A DNA stretch of 64,000 bases, taken from Felis catus. Lineage: Eukaryota. The stretch spans positions 7,564,001-7,628,000 of the forward strand of contig NC_058368.1 in assembly GCF_018350175.1 (NCBI RefSeq). The letters run 5' to 3'. The translations under genes were made by a program, and so were the position numbers. The notes under the pieces are model-generated. The model was given only the letters and a program-made list of their open reading frames with translations. It was not told the origin of the DNA and made no database searches. Shown here in pieces: positions 1-11,745 of this stretch. Numbering within the stretch: the first letter of the stretch is position 1; each line of letters begins with the position of its first letter.

Positions 1-191
1 CCCGCAGCTGGGCACCTAAGGGCACCTGAGCGCTCCCACCTTTGGGGGGCACTGGCTCACTCCCAGGAACTGTTGCTAGTATTTTCTTTTGCAGAGGGAC
101 AGCAGGGCTTAGTTTTTGTTTTGTCTTGTTTGTTTGTTGAAAGAAAGAATTTGAGTCCTAACGCCCCTCCAAATTAAAGGAGATCCACAGA

Positions 192-420
192 GGGGCGCCT
201 GGGTGGCTCAGTCGGTTAAGCATCCAGATGCTTCGTTTTGGCTCAGGTCATGATCTCCAGGTTCCCGAGATTGAGCCCAAGCCCCCCCTCCCTCGCCCCA
301 CATTGACAGCACAGAGCCTGTTTGGGATTCTCTCTCTCCCCTCTTTCCGCCCCTACCCACTTACACTCACTTGCTCCCTCTCTCTCAAAATAAACTTAAA
401 CATTTTTTAAAGAAAATAAA
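192..420 (+). mobile_element. CAN-SINE
   Basis: ggggcgcctgggtggctcagtcggttaag head, CT tract, A-rich tail. Confidence 0.9.
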
Positions 421-949
421 GGAAATCTGTCGATCTGAAAGGGGAACTTTCTCATCAGTGAGAAGTCTCACTGGGGAGACAATGACCATGCCCAAAGCTT
501 CTCCACACGTGCCTGGGCTCTGGAGTGAGGCAAATCTGCCTTCAAACCCGGGGTCCTTCAAATACTGACTCATGACCTTGATAAAATGATTCAACTACTC
601 TGTGCCTCGATTTCCGCATCTGTAAGGTGGAAGTGAACACTAGATGGCCAAGTTGTGAGATTTAAACCAAAGAATGCCTGTAAAGTGTTTAAATTCACTA
701 CCTAGAAAGAGTCCTCCTTCCCCATCACTGTTTTGGCAACATCACTCTTTTGAGAAGCCATCCCGGGAGGTTCTGGCTGCAGAGAGTCTCCTGCCAGCCC
801 TCGCAGCCCCTGTCCTGTGACAAATCCCCACGCTGTCGCTGATGATGTGACCTGTTCGCGTCACCACTGATCTCGAGCGGGCACTTCCTAGTTTTAAGAC
901 TCCCTCCCTCATAAATAAACTCTGGATTTTCCCATAGCGACCTTCGCCA

Positions 950-2780
950 GGTAAGTGAAACGGTCCCCATCTTACACGAGGGAAGCTGACGCTGGGTGGG
1001 GAGGACTGGCTGAATTGAAGCTCAGCCGCCGGGTCGGTGGAGGCGCGGAGACCGGTCCTCGGAGGCCAGGGATGGCTCCAGGGCTCCCGAGCAAACCGGC
1101 CTCCCTGTCCGGGGCTCCCGTCCCGATGTCGTGCGCTGTCCTGACCGCACCGTGGCCTCTCCGCGCGGGCTGGAGGGCTCGCCGATGCGAGAGAAGAGGT
1201 GTGGGCCACCGGGGGCGGCCGGGGGCGCAGTGGCTGACTCGGGGCCAGGCGTGCGGTCTCCAACCGCCCAGGACAGGGCGCGGGATCCCTAAGCTTCGCT
1301 GAAAGCGCAACTGGGCCGCTCACCGCGACTCGGAGACCCGCCGCCAGGGCCTGTGCGGCCCGCGGGGAAGAACTCCGGCTTTCAAGTCCCCGCGCCCGCG
1401 GCTCGAATTCCGGAAAATAAAATTCGGCGTGGCTTTGAGCTAATCCCTTCATGCTCCGCTGCCTCTTCCATAAAATGGGCGCCTAACGGGATTAAATGAG
1501 ATCATGTCTTTGGAGTGTTTATTCCCGAGCCCGGCTCCCAGGCGCCGGTACACGCGGTGGGGGTGAGGGCAGTGGCAGGGGCGCAGTGATGTCGCCGGTA
1601 GAGGCCAGCCTTCCAGGGAGGCCCCGGGGAGGCAGCGAAGAGCGCAGCCCAGCTAGCCAGATGGGCCTGGAAGAGAGGAACGGGCGCCCGGGTCGTGGGT
1701 GCCCCTGGACGCTCCACCTGAGCGGCGCCAACGGAGCGGGGGCCTTTGTCCCGACCCCTCTGGCCACGGGGGGGGGGGACTACGTCAGGCCCCAGAGGGC
1801 GACCCGCGTGGGGCTCAACGCGTGAATCTCCGACTCTGCGTGGCCACCCTTGGCCAACTGGAGGCGACCTGTGGGCCGGAGGGGCCGGGGCGCTTGGAGC
1901 CCCAAGCCCAAGCCCCCGCACAGAGCCTCGTCTCTGGAGTGAGGAGAGACCTTCCTGGAGCTGGGAAAAAGCAAAACAACAAAAACCAGCCAGCGGGGCC
2001 TCGAGAAGGGCTTCGTTCTGCCAGTCAAGTGATCTCCTCCAGCTCCCGGAACTCCAGAGGTGACCCGGGTACCCGCCTCTCCGGTGGGGCCGTCAGCCTC
2101 CCTCTGCTCTTCTGGCTGGGCGTGCCCCCCTCCTGCGGGAAACAGGCACCGGTGGCCTTCGAAAGCCCTCAGGGCAAGTGTTCTCGGCGCGGAAGATGAG
2201 CGGGGCTCCGGAGAGCCGCACGCAGTTCCGCGCGCAAGTGCGCGCCCGCCAGGCGAGCGGAGTGCGCTCCAGGAACCGGGACCGCGGGGCTCTGCTCCGG
2301 GCGCAGACAAGCCCAGGAGCGCCCGCCTGCACCTCCACGCCCGTCAAGGCAGACCCCCGACGGTCATGCAACCTGGAGCCACAAGCCCAGCCATCCCCCT
2401 GCGCTTCTGGAATCTACTACCCGAGGTTGATGGAGCGCCGCTCCGCGCTGGTGGGGCCAAAAGGAGCGCTCCCCGGCGCTCCTGCTTCTGCAGCAGGGTT
2501 CCCAGCTCTGTCAAAAGCGCCCGTCCTGGGATTCGTAAAATTCAGCACGGACTTCCTCCCCCCGACACCGACTTCCTCCCCTCCTCTCTCTAAGCCACCG
2601 AGACAGTGGGCGTTGCGGTGGAGAACCCCGGAAAGCACGCCCGCGACGCAGCAGGGGCCGAAGCTTCGGGACTCCTCGCGAAGAGAGCCGCAGTCGCGCA
2701 GTGTCAGAAAGAGTGCACGGCAAACAAAAATCTCCTTTCCTTCTGAGGTACAGCTCTTCCCGTAGGTTTCCTGACAGTTT
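950..2780. other. CpG island (intergenic, expected 3' of PDX1)
   Basis: Very GC-rich with dense CpG; no recognisable protein in any frame. Confidence 0.8.
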
Positions 2781-4496
2781 CTCGAAGAAGTTCTCACCTT
2801 AAAAGCTAAAACTCGTGCCATGCAATACCAACATCTGACGGTTGGTGATGATTTTCAGGCTCTGCCTGTGGTTTTTAGCAGGCTTGCTGTCTGTCACTCG
2901 CTTGCACCTTTCGATCCGGGACCGGTGCCCAATTGCATTCAGCAACAGTTTTGGGGCTCTTGCTGCGCGCTGGGCACTTCTGAAACAGAAGTCTGATCAC
3001 CTCTTCTCCGGATGGTATCTGCAGTCATGGAGATTGAACTGATTATTGGTGAGCTTACCTGAGTAAATGGGAGCTTATTCAGTTCCCCCAAGTTCTCCTT
3101 TTGGACCACAAGGGCTGTTTTGGTCTCTCACGTTAATTTCAGCCCCCTTGGTCTAGCCCTGTCGCCCTCGCCATCTCCTCTGCAAGGAATTCAGTTCAAA
3201 GCATTTAAGTTGGAATGAAATCAAAGCATTGCTGTGTCCTTTCGAGTTGATGAAATCTGCCTGTTCTTATATTCCCATTCCCTCATTCTCTCTCCCCTCT
3301 TCTCTTTCTCTCCAGATCTTTGTGTCTACGTCGGTGTGCTGTGTGTCCTGGAGTGAGTCTCTATCTTTGCCTAAGTATGCCTATGTATGTTTGTGTGCAT
3401 ATGGTTAGAGTGTCTTAAGTGGGTGTCAATGTGTATCTGGGGACCAGGGACACCCTCCTCTATACTCGTTTTTTTCTGCCCAGCACAGCTATCTTCCAAG
3501 TGTCTGCTCAAAACCATCCACTCAGGTAACGGTCTTAATTCTTTGTGTTGACGCAATGTTTGAAAGCGGGAAAAGCTGTCTTGAGAAGTACACAGCTTGG
3601 AAGCTTGGTGGGAGCTGACTACTAAACTATAAGGAACTATTATTTTTTCCTTCTAAGAAAAAAATGTATGACTAAGGTCTTCCCTACTTCAACAGCATCA
3701 TCTAGGAACTCTTCTGAAAACCAAGTAGTTCAGAGGATCAGAAGAAGGAATTTCTGGGTTGACATTGAAATCAAATTTTACTCAAACCCATTCTGGCAAG
3801 CTAAATTGAGGGGGGGGGTAGATCCAAAGGGAAACTGAGGCAGGGCAGCGGGAAGCAAAAAGACTTCCCTTCAGAGGAACTGACTAGGAGTGATATATAG
3901 CCTCTAAGCTGGCAGCCAGCCTTCAGGAAATTGCTACTTGGGGACAGCTTGGGCAGGGGGAACTGAGCTGCAGGCAACTGTGGGTAGGACACGTCTGGGT
4001 AGGAAACGGAGGTCAAGTTCTGCTAGCAGTAACTGTTTTAAGAATGAAAGTGGCTGGCTGAAATGGGTCTGGTAACCTGTCAACACCAAGTCCCCATATT
4101 AAAGTATACTGTATTTATGTATCATGAGCTAGATTGGGCACAATAAATTTTATTCCTTTTTTTCATCAAAATTATGTTTGATGAAATTTTATTCCTTTTT
4201 TTCATCAAAATTATTTTTCTCTCTACATAAGATGCCATGGCTTTTGAAAGGATAGATAGCTCAAACCTTAAGTGATATTTTATAAGTCAACTTTAAGTTG
4301 ACTTGCTTGGAGTCGTTCCCTAAACACAGACCATATGGACACCTTAAATATATGCTATATCATCAGATTCTTTTTTGCATTATAGAACACAAACAACTCT
4401 ACCTCCAGTGATACACATGTAAAAATTATTACAGTATTACACATATTATTTACACATATAAAAATTATTACAGTATTTTTTGCTGCGAGTAATTTA

Positions 4497-4705
4497 AAAA
4501 AAAAGTTTTTTTAATGTTTATTTATTTTTGAGAGACAGAGCATGAGCGGGGGAGGGGCAGAGAGAGGGAGACACAGAATCCGAAACAGGCTCCAGGCTCT
4601 GAGCTGTCAGCACAGAGCCCAACGTGGGGCTCGAACTCACGGACCGCGAGATCATGACCTGAGCCGAAGTCGGCCGCCCAACCGACTGAGCCACCCAGGC
4701 GCCCC
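4497..4705 (-). mobile_element. Felid SINE (SINEC_Fc-like) with 16-bp TSD
   Basis: Full SINE; TSD tgctgcgagtaattta at 4481-4496 and 4706-4721. Confidence 0.95.
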
Positions 4706-5409
4706 TGCTGCGAGTAATTTATATCACCTGCATAAATTCTAGTGTTTTCTTGAATTCTCAGTGAGTCATCTCCAAGTCCTAAGAGCTTGAAAAATTATTT
4801 ATCCAATTTATACATGCCCTGAAAAATCCAGAAGCTTCACATTTCTAGATATGTGTGAAAACACTGCCAGTTTGAAATCAATATATCCCATGGAGCTGTT
4901 CCCCCTTCCATAGCTCAAGAAACCCAATAAAATGTACAAAATAATCTCCAAGATGTTTTTTAGGTGAAAATACTAGATAACTGAATTTATTGCAATAGTA
5001 AATGCATGGCTTTTCTCCATTTAATGTTGAAAGACTAATTTTCTAGGTCAGAAGTGTCGCCGAGTAGATTATCCCTCCTCTGGATGAAGGGGCTCTCTCA
5101 CAAAGATACAAACAAACAGATTTGGGAAAAGAACAAGCCAACTTTCATGCCAGCTTTTGTCATCAATGCCCCATGGATCCAACAGAGGAGAAAGCGAAGG
5201 CTCCCTGGACAGATCTGGCAATTTAAAGTGCTGTTTCTCAGCACCCTGGGTAGGGTTTAACTTCTAGTTCTGCCTCCACTATTTACTACCCTTCTGAAAT
5301 AGGGCAAATAACTTAATCCCTTTGAGCCTGTCAACTCACCTGTGAATGAGGGATAATCCCATCCCATGTGATTGTCGCGAGGGTGAAACAGAATACTATA
5401 TGAGAAGAC

Positions 5410-5998
5410 CTGAGCTGTCAGCACAGAGCCCGACGCGGGGCTCGAACCCACGAACCGCGAGATCATGACCTGAGCTGAAGTTGGACGCTTAACCGACCGA
5501 GCCACCCAGGCGCCCCTTGAAGCTGAGGTCTTTCTTGTCCCACTAGAGCAGGGACAGTGGAGCCCAGAGGAGACAACAACAGTGACCCAAAGTAGAGGTG
5601 TCCCTTTTCCCGGATGTCCTCAGATCTTCCCCTGATAGGGGTAGCTGGATCTTCTCCTGGCTTCTCATAACAGTGTCTGGCCTGAAAAGTCACATTGGTG
5701 CTGACCAGTGGGAGAAAATAGGCCAACAACTCTATAAAACACAGAGGCAAAGCCAGCCACACTGACTGATGCCCAAATTCAGCTAGCTTTATGTGTAAAG
5801 GACACATTTGTTTATACTTTTTTTTTAATTTGAGAGCGAGAGAGAACAAGCATGGATGGGGGAGGGGCAGAGGGAGAAAAAGGGAGAATCTCAAGCAGTC
5901 TCCACACTCAGAGCAGAGCCTGATGCGGGGCTCGATCCTACGACCTGAGCCAAAATCAAGAGTCAGGTGCTCCACTGACTGAGCTGCCCAGGCATCCC
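5410..5998 (-). mobile_element. Two CAN-SINEs (5410-5516 head-only fragment; 5818-5998)
   Basis: Reverse-complement SINE heads ending ccaggcgcccc and ccaggcatccc. Confidence 0.85.
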
Positions 5999-6454
5999 AC
6001 AGCACACATGTTTATCTAACTTAGGGATAGTCTGATGGTTGGTTCAAGCCCCGTGTTGGGTGTAGAGATGACAAAAATAAAAAAATCTTTAGGTGAAATT
6101 TGTTCAGGGGTCCCTAGGCCCCCAAGAATAGGTGATTCATCCCAGGACCTCCTTAATAAGCCATTTCCTTAGATGTTAGTGTATTGGCTACCTCTGGCAG
6201 TGACCGATAGAAACCACAAATAGCAGTGGCTGACGAATGAAGTTAATTTCCCTCCTACATGGAAGTCTGGAGGTAGATAATCGAGGACTGGACTATTGCT
6301 CCAGAGTTGTCTGGGACTTAGGCTACGTTGGCTTCTCTTTCCGCTACCCCTAAACTGTGGCCCTAATTTCACTGTCCCATATGATACTCCAGCTATGACC
6401 CCCACTTTCTGAGCAGCCGGAGGAAAGAAACAAAGGAGGGTAAGCCCTTGATCA

Positions 6455-7031
6455 CTGAAAGATGTCCCCCCTTGTAATCCCTTGAACCTGTAAATATGTT
6501 CTGTAACAGGGCAAAAGGGATTTTACAGATGTAATTAAGTTAGGGAACCTCAAATTAAGGAAATCATCCCAGATTACCCGGTAGGCCCAATCTGATCGTA
6601 TAAACCCTTAAAAGCAGAGAACTTCCTCTAGCTTGGAATCCAAGATATGCAGCAGAAGGGAGAGTCAGAGTTTCCAAGTGTGAGAGGATTTGATATGCTG
6701 TTGCTACCTCTAGGGTGTAGGTGCAAGGACTGGAGAGAGGCTTCTGGGAGTTAAGGGGTGCCGCCAGGTGATAATTGGCAAGAAAATGGGGACCTCAGTC
6801 CTACAACATGAGCACCTACATTGTGCCAAGAACCTGAGTTGCTCCCAAAGCCTTTCTAGAAGAGCCCATTTGGCCAGCAACTTAATTTTAACCATCTGAA
6901 CCCTGGAGCAGAGAATTGTGCGAGCCAAAGGGGGCATTTAACCCAAGGAGACTGGGAGATAATAAATTTGTGTCGTTTTAAGCTTTTAAATGTGTGCTGA
7001 CTTGCTGTTACAACAATAGATAATGCATACA
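6455..7031 (+). mobile_element. MaLR solo LTR (MLT1-type)
   Basis: Typical MLT1 motifs: aaagatgtcc...aatccc...gaacctgtaaatatgtt, aataaatttgtgtcgttttaagc, ending ataca; subfamily not determined. Confidence 0.75.
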
Positions 7032-7173
7032 GTTCCCTTTAGTGACACTTGAGGAAAGTTACACCCCTCTTGCTTACACTTTATTAACCAGACTTAGCTA
7101 CCTGTACAGCAGGCTGGAAAATGGGGTCTTCATTCTAGATGGCCATTTGTCTAATTAAAAATGGGAGGGGGAT

Positions 7174-7585
7174 GGGGCGCCTGGGTGGCGCAGTCGGTTA
7201 AGCGTCCGACTTCAGCCAGGTCACGATCTCGCAGTCTGTGAGTTCGAGCCCCGCGTCGGGCTCTGGGCTGACGGCTCAGAGCCTGGAGCCTGTTTCCGAT
7301 TCTGTGTCTCCCTCTCTCTCTGCCCCTCCCCCGTTCATGCTCTGTCTCTCTCTGTCCCAAAAATAAATAAAAACGTTGAAAAAAAAAATTTAAAAATGGG
7401 AGGGGGAGCACCTGGTTGGCTCAGTCGGTTAAGCATCCAGCTCTTGACTTCTGCTTAGGCCATGATGCCACAGTTTGCGGGTTCGAGCCCCACATCAGAC
7501 TCGGACTCTGCTGGCAACTGGGAGCCTGCTTGCCCCTCCCCTGCTCTCTCTCTCTCTCAAAATAAATAAATAAACTTTAAAAAAA
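7174..7585 (+). mobile_element. Tandem SINEs: young SINEC_Fc-like (7174-7390) and older CAN-SINE (7402-7585)
   Basis: Two heads and two tails; flanking repeat aaaaatgggaggggga. Confidence 0.92.
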
Positions 7586-7884
7586 TGGGAAGGGAGAACA
7601 TTAAAGGAGGAAGAGTAGAATGAATACCAGGGACAGCTCGCAATCTCTACCAGTTGCCAAGAGTCTATATAAAAATTGTCATAATAATTTGGTGTTTTCT
7701 GCGAAAAAACACATGTGGAAACAATACTTACACATAGTCCAGGTAGGGAGCCCATGTCCTTGGATTTCATTCTGGGAGACTTGTTCAGATAAACTTGCGT
7801 GCTTGCTTGCCTCAGACCATGAGCACCGTACAACTCATCGTCTGCCTTTTCTAGCAAAAACCTCAAACCTAAAATTGCTGTTCA

Positions 7885-8125
7885 GGGGCGCCTGGGTGGC
7901 TCACTCGGTTGGGCGTCCAGCTTCAGCTCAGGTCATGATCTCTGAGTCTGTGAGTTCGAGCCCCGCGTCGGGCTCTGGGCTGACAGCTCGGAGCCTGGAG
8001 CCTGCTTCCCATTCTGTGTCTCCCTCTCTCTCTCTCTGCCCCTCCCCCACTCACACTCTATCTCGCTGTCTCTCAAAAATGAATACATGTTAAAAAAATT
8101 AAATAAAAGAAATTAAAATAAAATT
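7885..8125 (+). mobile_element. CAN-SINE
   Basis: Full head, CT tract, A tail. Confidence 0.92.
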
Positions 8126-8860
8126 AGAGCTCAAAGTAACTACGTCTCTCATTCTAGCATAGCATGTTGAGGAAGTTTGGGATTTTCAACCAGAAAAATT
8201 GACTTCTAGTTCTGTATTCACCATTCATTACTCTTTAGAACTGCAAGCCTGGCTTGGTTTACTTTAAATCTGTTTTCTCATTGGTGAGTTGGGGGAAACA
8301 CCCACCTCACAGGATTGTTGTGAGAGTTCAATAAAACAAAGGGTGTGAAAAGTACTTTTTGATATGGAAATGGCCGCTAAATGTTGTCTGTAATGCTATA
8401 ACGCTGGATCTCCCCCTCCTCTAGATTAGCAGTTTTCACACAGTAGCTTGCAACCTCTTAGTCATTGATGAAGTCAGTTCAGTGGGTTATGAGAGCTCGA
8501 AAAACATAAATATAGAACAAAAAATATAGAACAAACAAAATATAAAATATATAGAGCAAACAAAATAGAACAGAAAATATCAGACTGTGTTAGTCTTAGC
8601 AAGCATAAGTATTACTTTATGAAACTTTTCAGCCATGTGTATATATGTCTACTAAGTCATAATATAAAACGTGTTTCTACTTTGGTTCCCAAAGTTTTGC
8701 AAACACTTCTGAGTGGTGCTTGATCCTTACTTCAACTATTTTAAGCTTTTTTGTTTTAAATGTCCTATACAGTATGTGCCTTTGTTGGAAACCAACTCAA
8801 ATCCTCTTTAGAGGGAGAAGGACTAGAAATGAGGGGGGGGTGGTGGTGTGGAACAGCATT

Positions 8861-9480
8861 TGGCTGGCTCCGTGGATAGAGTTCTCAACTCTTTTTTTTT
8901 TTTTTTTTAACGTTTATTTATTTTTGAGACAGAGAGAGACAGAGCATGAACAGGGGAGGGTCAGAGAGAGAGAGAGAGGGAGGGAGACACAGAATCTGAA
9001 ACAGGCTCCAGGCTCTGAGCGGTCAGCACAGAGCCCGACGCAGGGCTCAAACTCCCAGACTGCGAGATCATGACCTGAGCTGAAGTCGGACGCTTAACCG
9101 ACTAAGCCACCCAGGTGCCCTTAGAGTTCTCAACTCTTGACCTCAGGTCATGAGTTCAAGCCCTGCGTTGAGTGCATGTTGAGTGTAGAGATTGCTTAAA
9201 TAAATAAATAAATAAATAAATAAAAAACTTTAAGAAAAAACAAAAATGGGGGCGCCTGGGTGGCTCAGTTGGTTAAGCAGCCGACTTCGGCTCAGGTCAT
9301 GATCTTGTGGTCCATGAGTTCGAGCCCCGCGTCGGGCTCTGTGCTGACAGCTCAGAGCCTGGAGCCTGTTTCAGATTCTGTGTCTCCCTCTCTGCTACCC
9401 TCCCCTGTTCATGCTCTGTCTCTCCCTGTCTCAAAAATAAATAAAACGTTAAAAAAAAATTAAAAAAAAGAAAAAACAAA
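8861..9480. mobile_element. SINE cluster: minus-strand SINE (8894-9120) nested in a short tRNA-like SINE, then plus-strand SINE (9248-9480)
   Basis: 17-bp TSD tagagttctcaactctt at 8877-8893 and 9122-9138. Confidence 0.9.
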
Positions 9481-9551
9481 AATGAAAAGAAAGAAAGGAG
9501 TGGGGAGAACTCGGGTCAAACACTTTTGGGTCAAACACTTTTAAAAACAAA

Positions 9552-10135
9552 TGTGACCGTTAGGCTCTTATTTCTCGGCTTCAAACCCACCCTCCTATAC
9601 TCTCCTTTGTGATGCTGGAGCTGAGCCGAGACACCAACACTACATTTCTCCTGGGGCAGCTGGTTATTGGTTTGGTTCCACCAACCAGTAGGAGGCACTA
9701 GGGGGAGGTTTGGTGGCCAGAGGCAGGAGGGAGGGTTTGTTTCTGTTTCTTGCTCACTTCAGTGCGAGCCAGGACAGGCTTCTTCTTGCCACTTTAGTCC
9801 ATTCGCAGCTGTTTATTCCAGTTTGGGGTTTTTCCAGAATCCACACCTCCGCAAAGGCAGCAATGATCCCGCAAAGACATCATCACCTTTGGCTGCCCAC
9901 AGCCCCTCCCCAGAGACCTCAGCTCCAGGGGCACCCTCTTCAAGTTTCTCAGTTTTCATATTCACCGCCTCTTTATTTTGTTGTCCCAGCCCTAGGCGGG
10001 TAGCTGGCTCTTGCATTCGTTACTTACATGATACCTTTGTGTTCTTTTTTCACTCATAGTTTCTCATGTCTGCTTCTTCTCCATGTGAGGGACGTAACTT
10101 TCATGGTTTCTGTCTCCTGAGCAGACCTTGGACCA
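9552..10135. mobile_element. ERVL-type solo LTR (LTR33-like)
   Basis: caaacccaccctcctatactctcctttgtgatgctggagctg...ctacatttctc resembles the LTR33 family as I recall it. Confidence 0.55.
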
Positions 10136-10344
10136 GGAGACCATTCGGTGTGCTTTGCGGATAAGGATGAATCGTGAAGGGGGACATTTTAAGTTTATCT
10201 TTTTCCTTCAGCTCCCAAACTTCACTGGGCATGCCTTCTTGGCTCCTTGGAGACCCCACATAGACCAGTAGTGACGAGCCAAGACAGCACTCAATTTATC
10301 ACGTGAAAATATCTGACTACTTAGCTTATCTTTTTAAGGACTGG

Positions 10345-11745
10345 TCTTTTTTTTTTTTTTAGTGTTTATTTTTGAGAGAGAGAGAGAAAAAGAGAACGAG
10401 TCAGGGAGAGGCAGAGAGAGGGAGACACAGAATCCAAAGCAGGCTCCAGGCTCCCAGCTGTCAGCGTGGAGCCTGACGCGGGGCTCGAACTCACAAACCG
10501 CGAGATCATGACCTGAGCCGAAGTTGGACGCTTCACCGACTGAGCCACCCAGGCGCCGCCCCAAAGGACTGGACTCTGAAATTTAATTGTTAAAATTATG
10601 TTTTTACACTGCTTTGGTGAGATGGGATCCCTATGAAGAAAGACAAGGTGTCATTTGTCCCCACAGGACATGTCATCGAGGGACGAATAGAAGGAAAAAT
10701 CTGTACGTTAATTTAAAACAGCGGGTTATTGTGTTCGCATCTGGTTTCACATCAGAAGCTTTGGGAATGTAGTATTTCTTACGGTGTGTTTACTTTGAAA
10801 TCGTATACATACAATATGTGATTTTATAATAAACAATATGTGGAAGGAAATGCAGCATGTTAAGATAAATGTCCTCAACATATGTACTCAAATCCTCACC
10901 CCACAAATCTCAGAATATTTGGTCTGTTCATTCTCCCTTCCAGAACCGTATCAAATCTGCTTCCTCCTCTGTCTCCACCCACCATGGTTTTTCCTTCACA
11001 CTTTGTCCTTAGGGCAGTGTCCCTAGGTCAAAGTGGTCTTTCCAGTACGTGAAGTGCTCTTTTTTTTTTTTTTTAACGTTTATTTGTTTTTGAGAGAGAC
11101 AGACAGACAGACAGAATGTGAGCAGGGGAGGGGCAGAGAGAGAGGGAGACACAGAATCCGAAGCAGGCTCCGGGCTCTGAGCGGTCAGCACAGAGCAGGA
11201 TGCGGGGCTCGAACTCACAAATCATGAGATCGTGACCTGAGCTAAAGTCAGACACTCAACCGACGGAGCCACCCAGGTGCCCCTGAATGTGCTCTTAACT
11301 CTCCATTACCTGAACTTTCTCAGCAGCTTCCATAGGCTGAAGCATCAAGGCCAAACCCCCAGTGGGGACTCACAGGCCCCTTCATTCTCTGGGCCCATTG
11401 GTGCATACGTGCAAGTTCCAAAACCACGGTCCTGCCTCTAAACAATGTTCTGTTGCCTCTGGCTGGAAGGACCCACCAACTTACTCTTCCTGTGTTTGCC
11501 TGCCTTTCTTCATTTCTTCTATCCTCCCTTACATGAAGATTGATTGGGGGGCACCTGGGTGGTTCAGTTGTGTTCATATGACTTTGGCTCGGGTCATGAT
11601 CTCACAGTTTGTGACTTCGAGTCCCACATGGGGAGAGCTCGAGCCCCGCCTCAGGAGAACAGGAGCCTCAGGTGAACCCTACTTCTCTCTCTCTCTCTCT
11701 CTCTGCCCCTCACTCACGTGCACTCATTCTCTCTCTCAAAAAAAA
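10345..11745. mobile_element. Three CAN-SINEs (10345-10561 minus, 11059-11283 minus, 11546-11745 plus)
   Basis: Recognisable heads and tails. Confidence 0.9.

Noticed and set aside
742..2821. Many overlapping 100-236 aa ORFs on both strands
   Set aside because: Low-complexity Pro/Arg/Gly/Ala products expected from stop-poor GC-rich DNA; no recognisable domain
4542..4742. Recurrent peptides such as MAQSVKRPTSAQV and SVSPSLSAPP in ORFs across the window
   Set aside because: Translations of SINE copies, not a gene family
9513..9542. 15-bp tandem duplication gggtcaaacactttt
   Set aside because: Only two copies with no spacer; ordinary slippage, not an array
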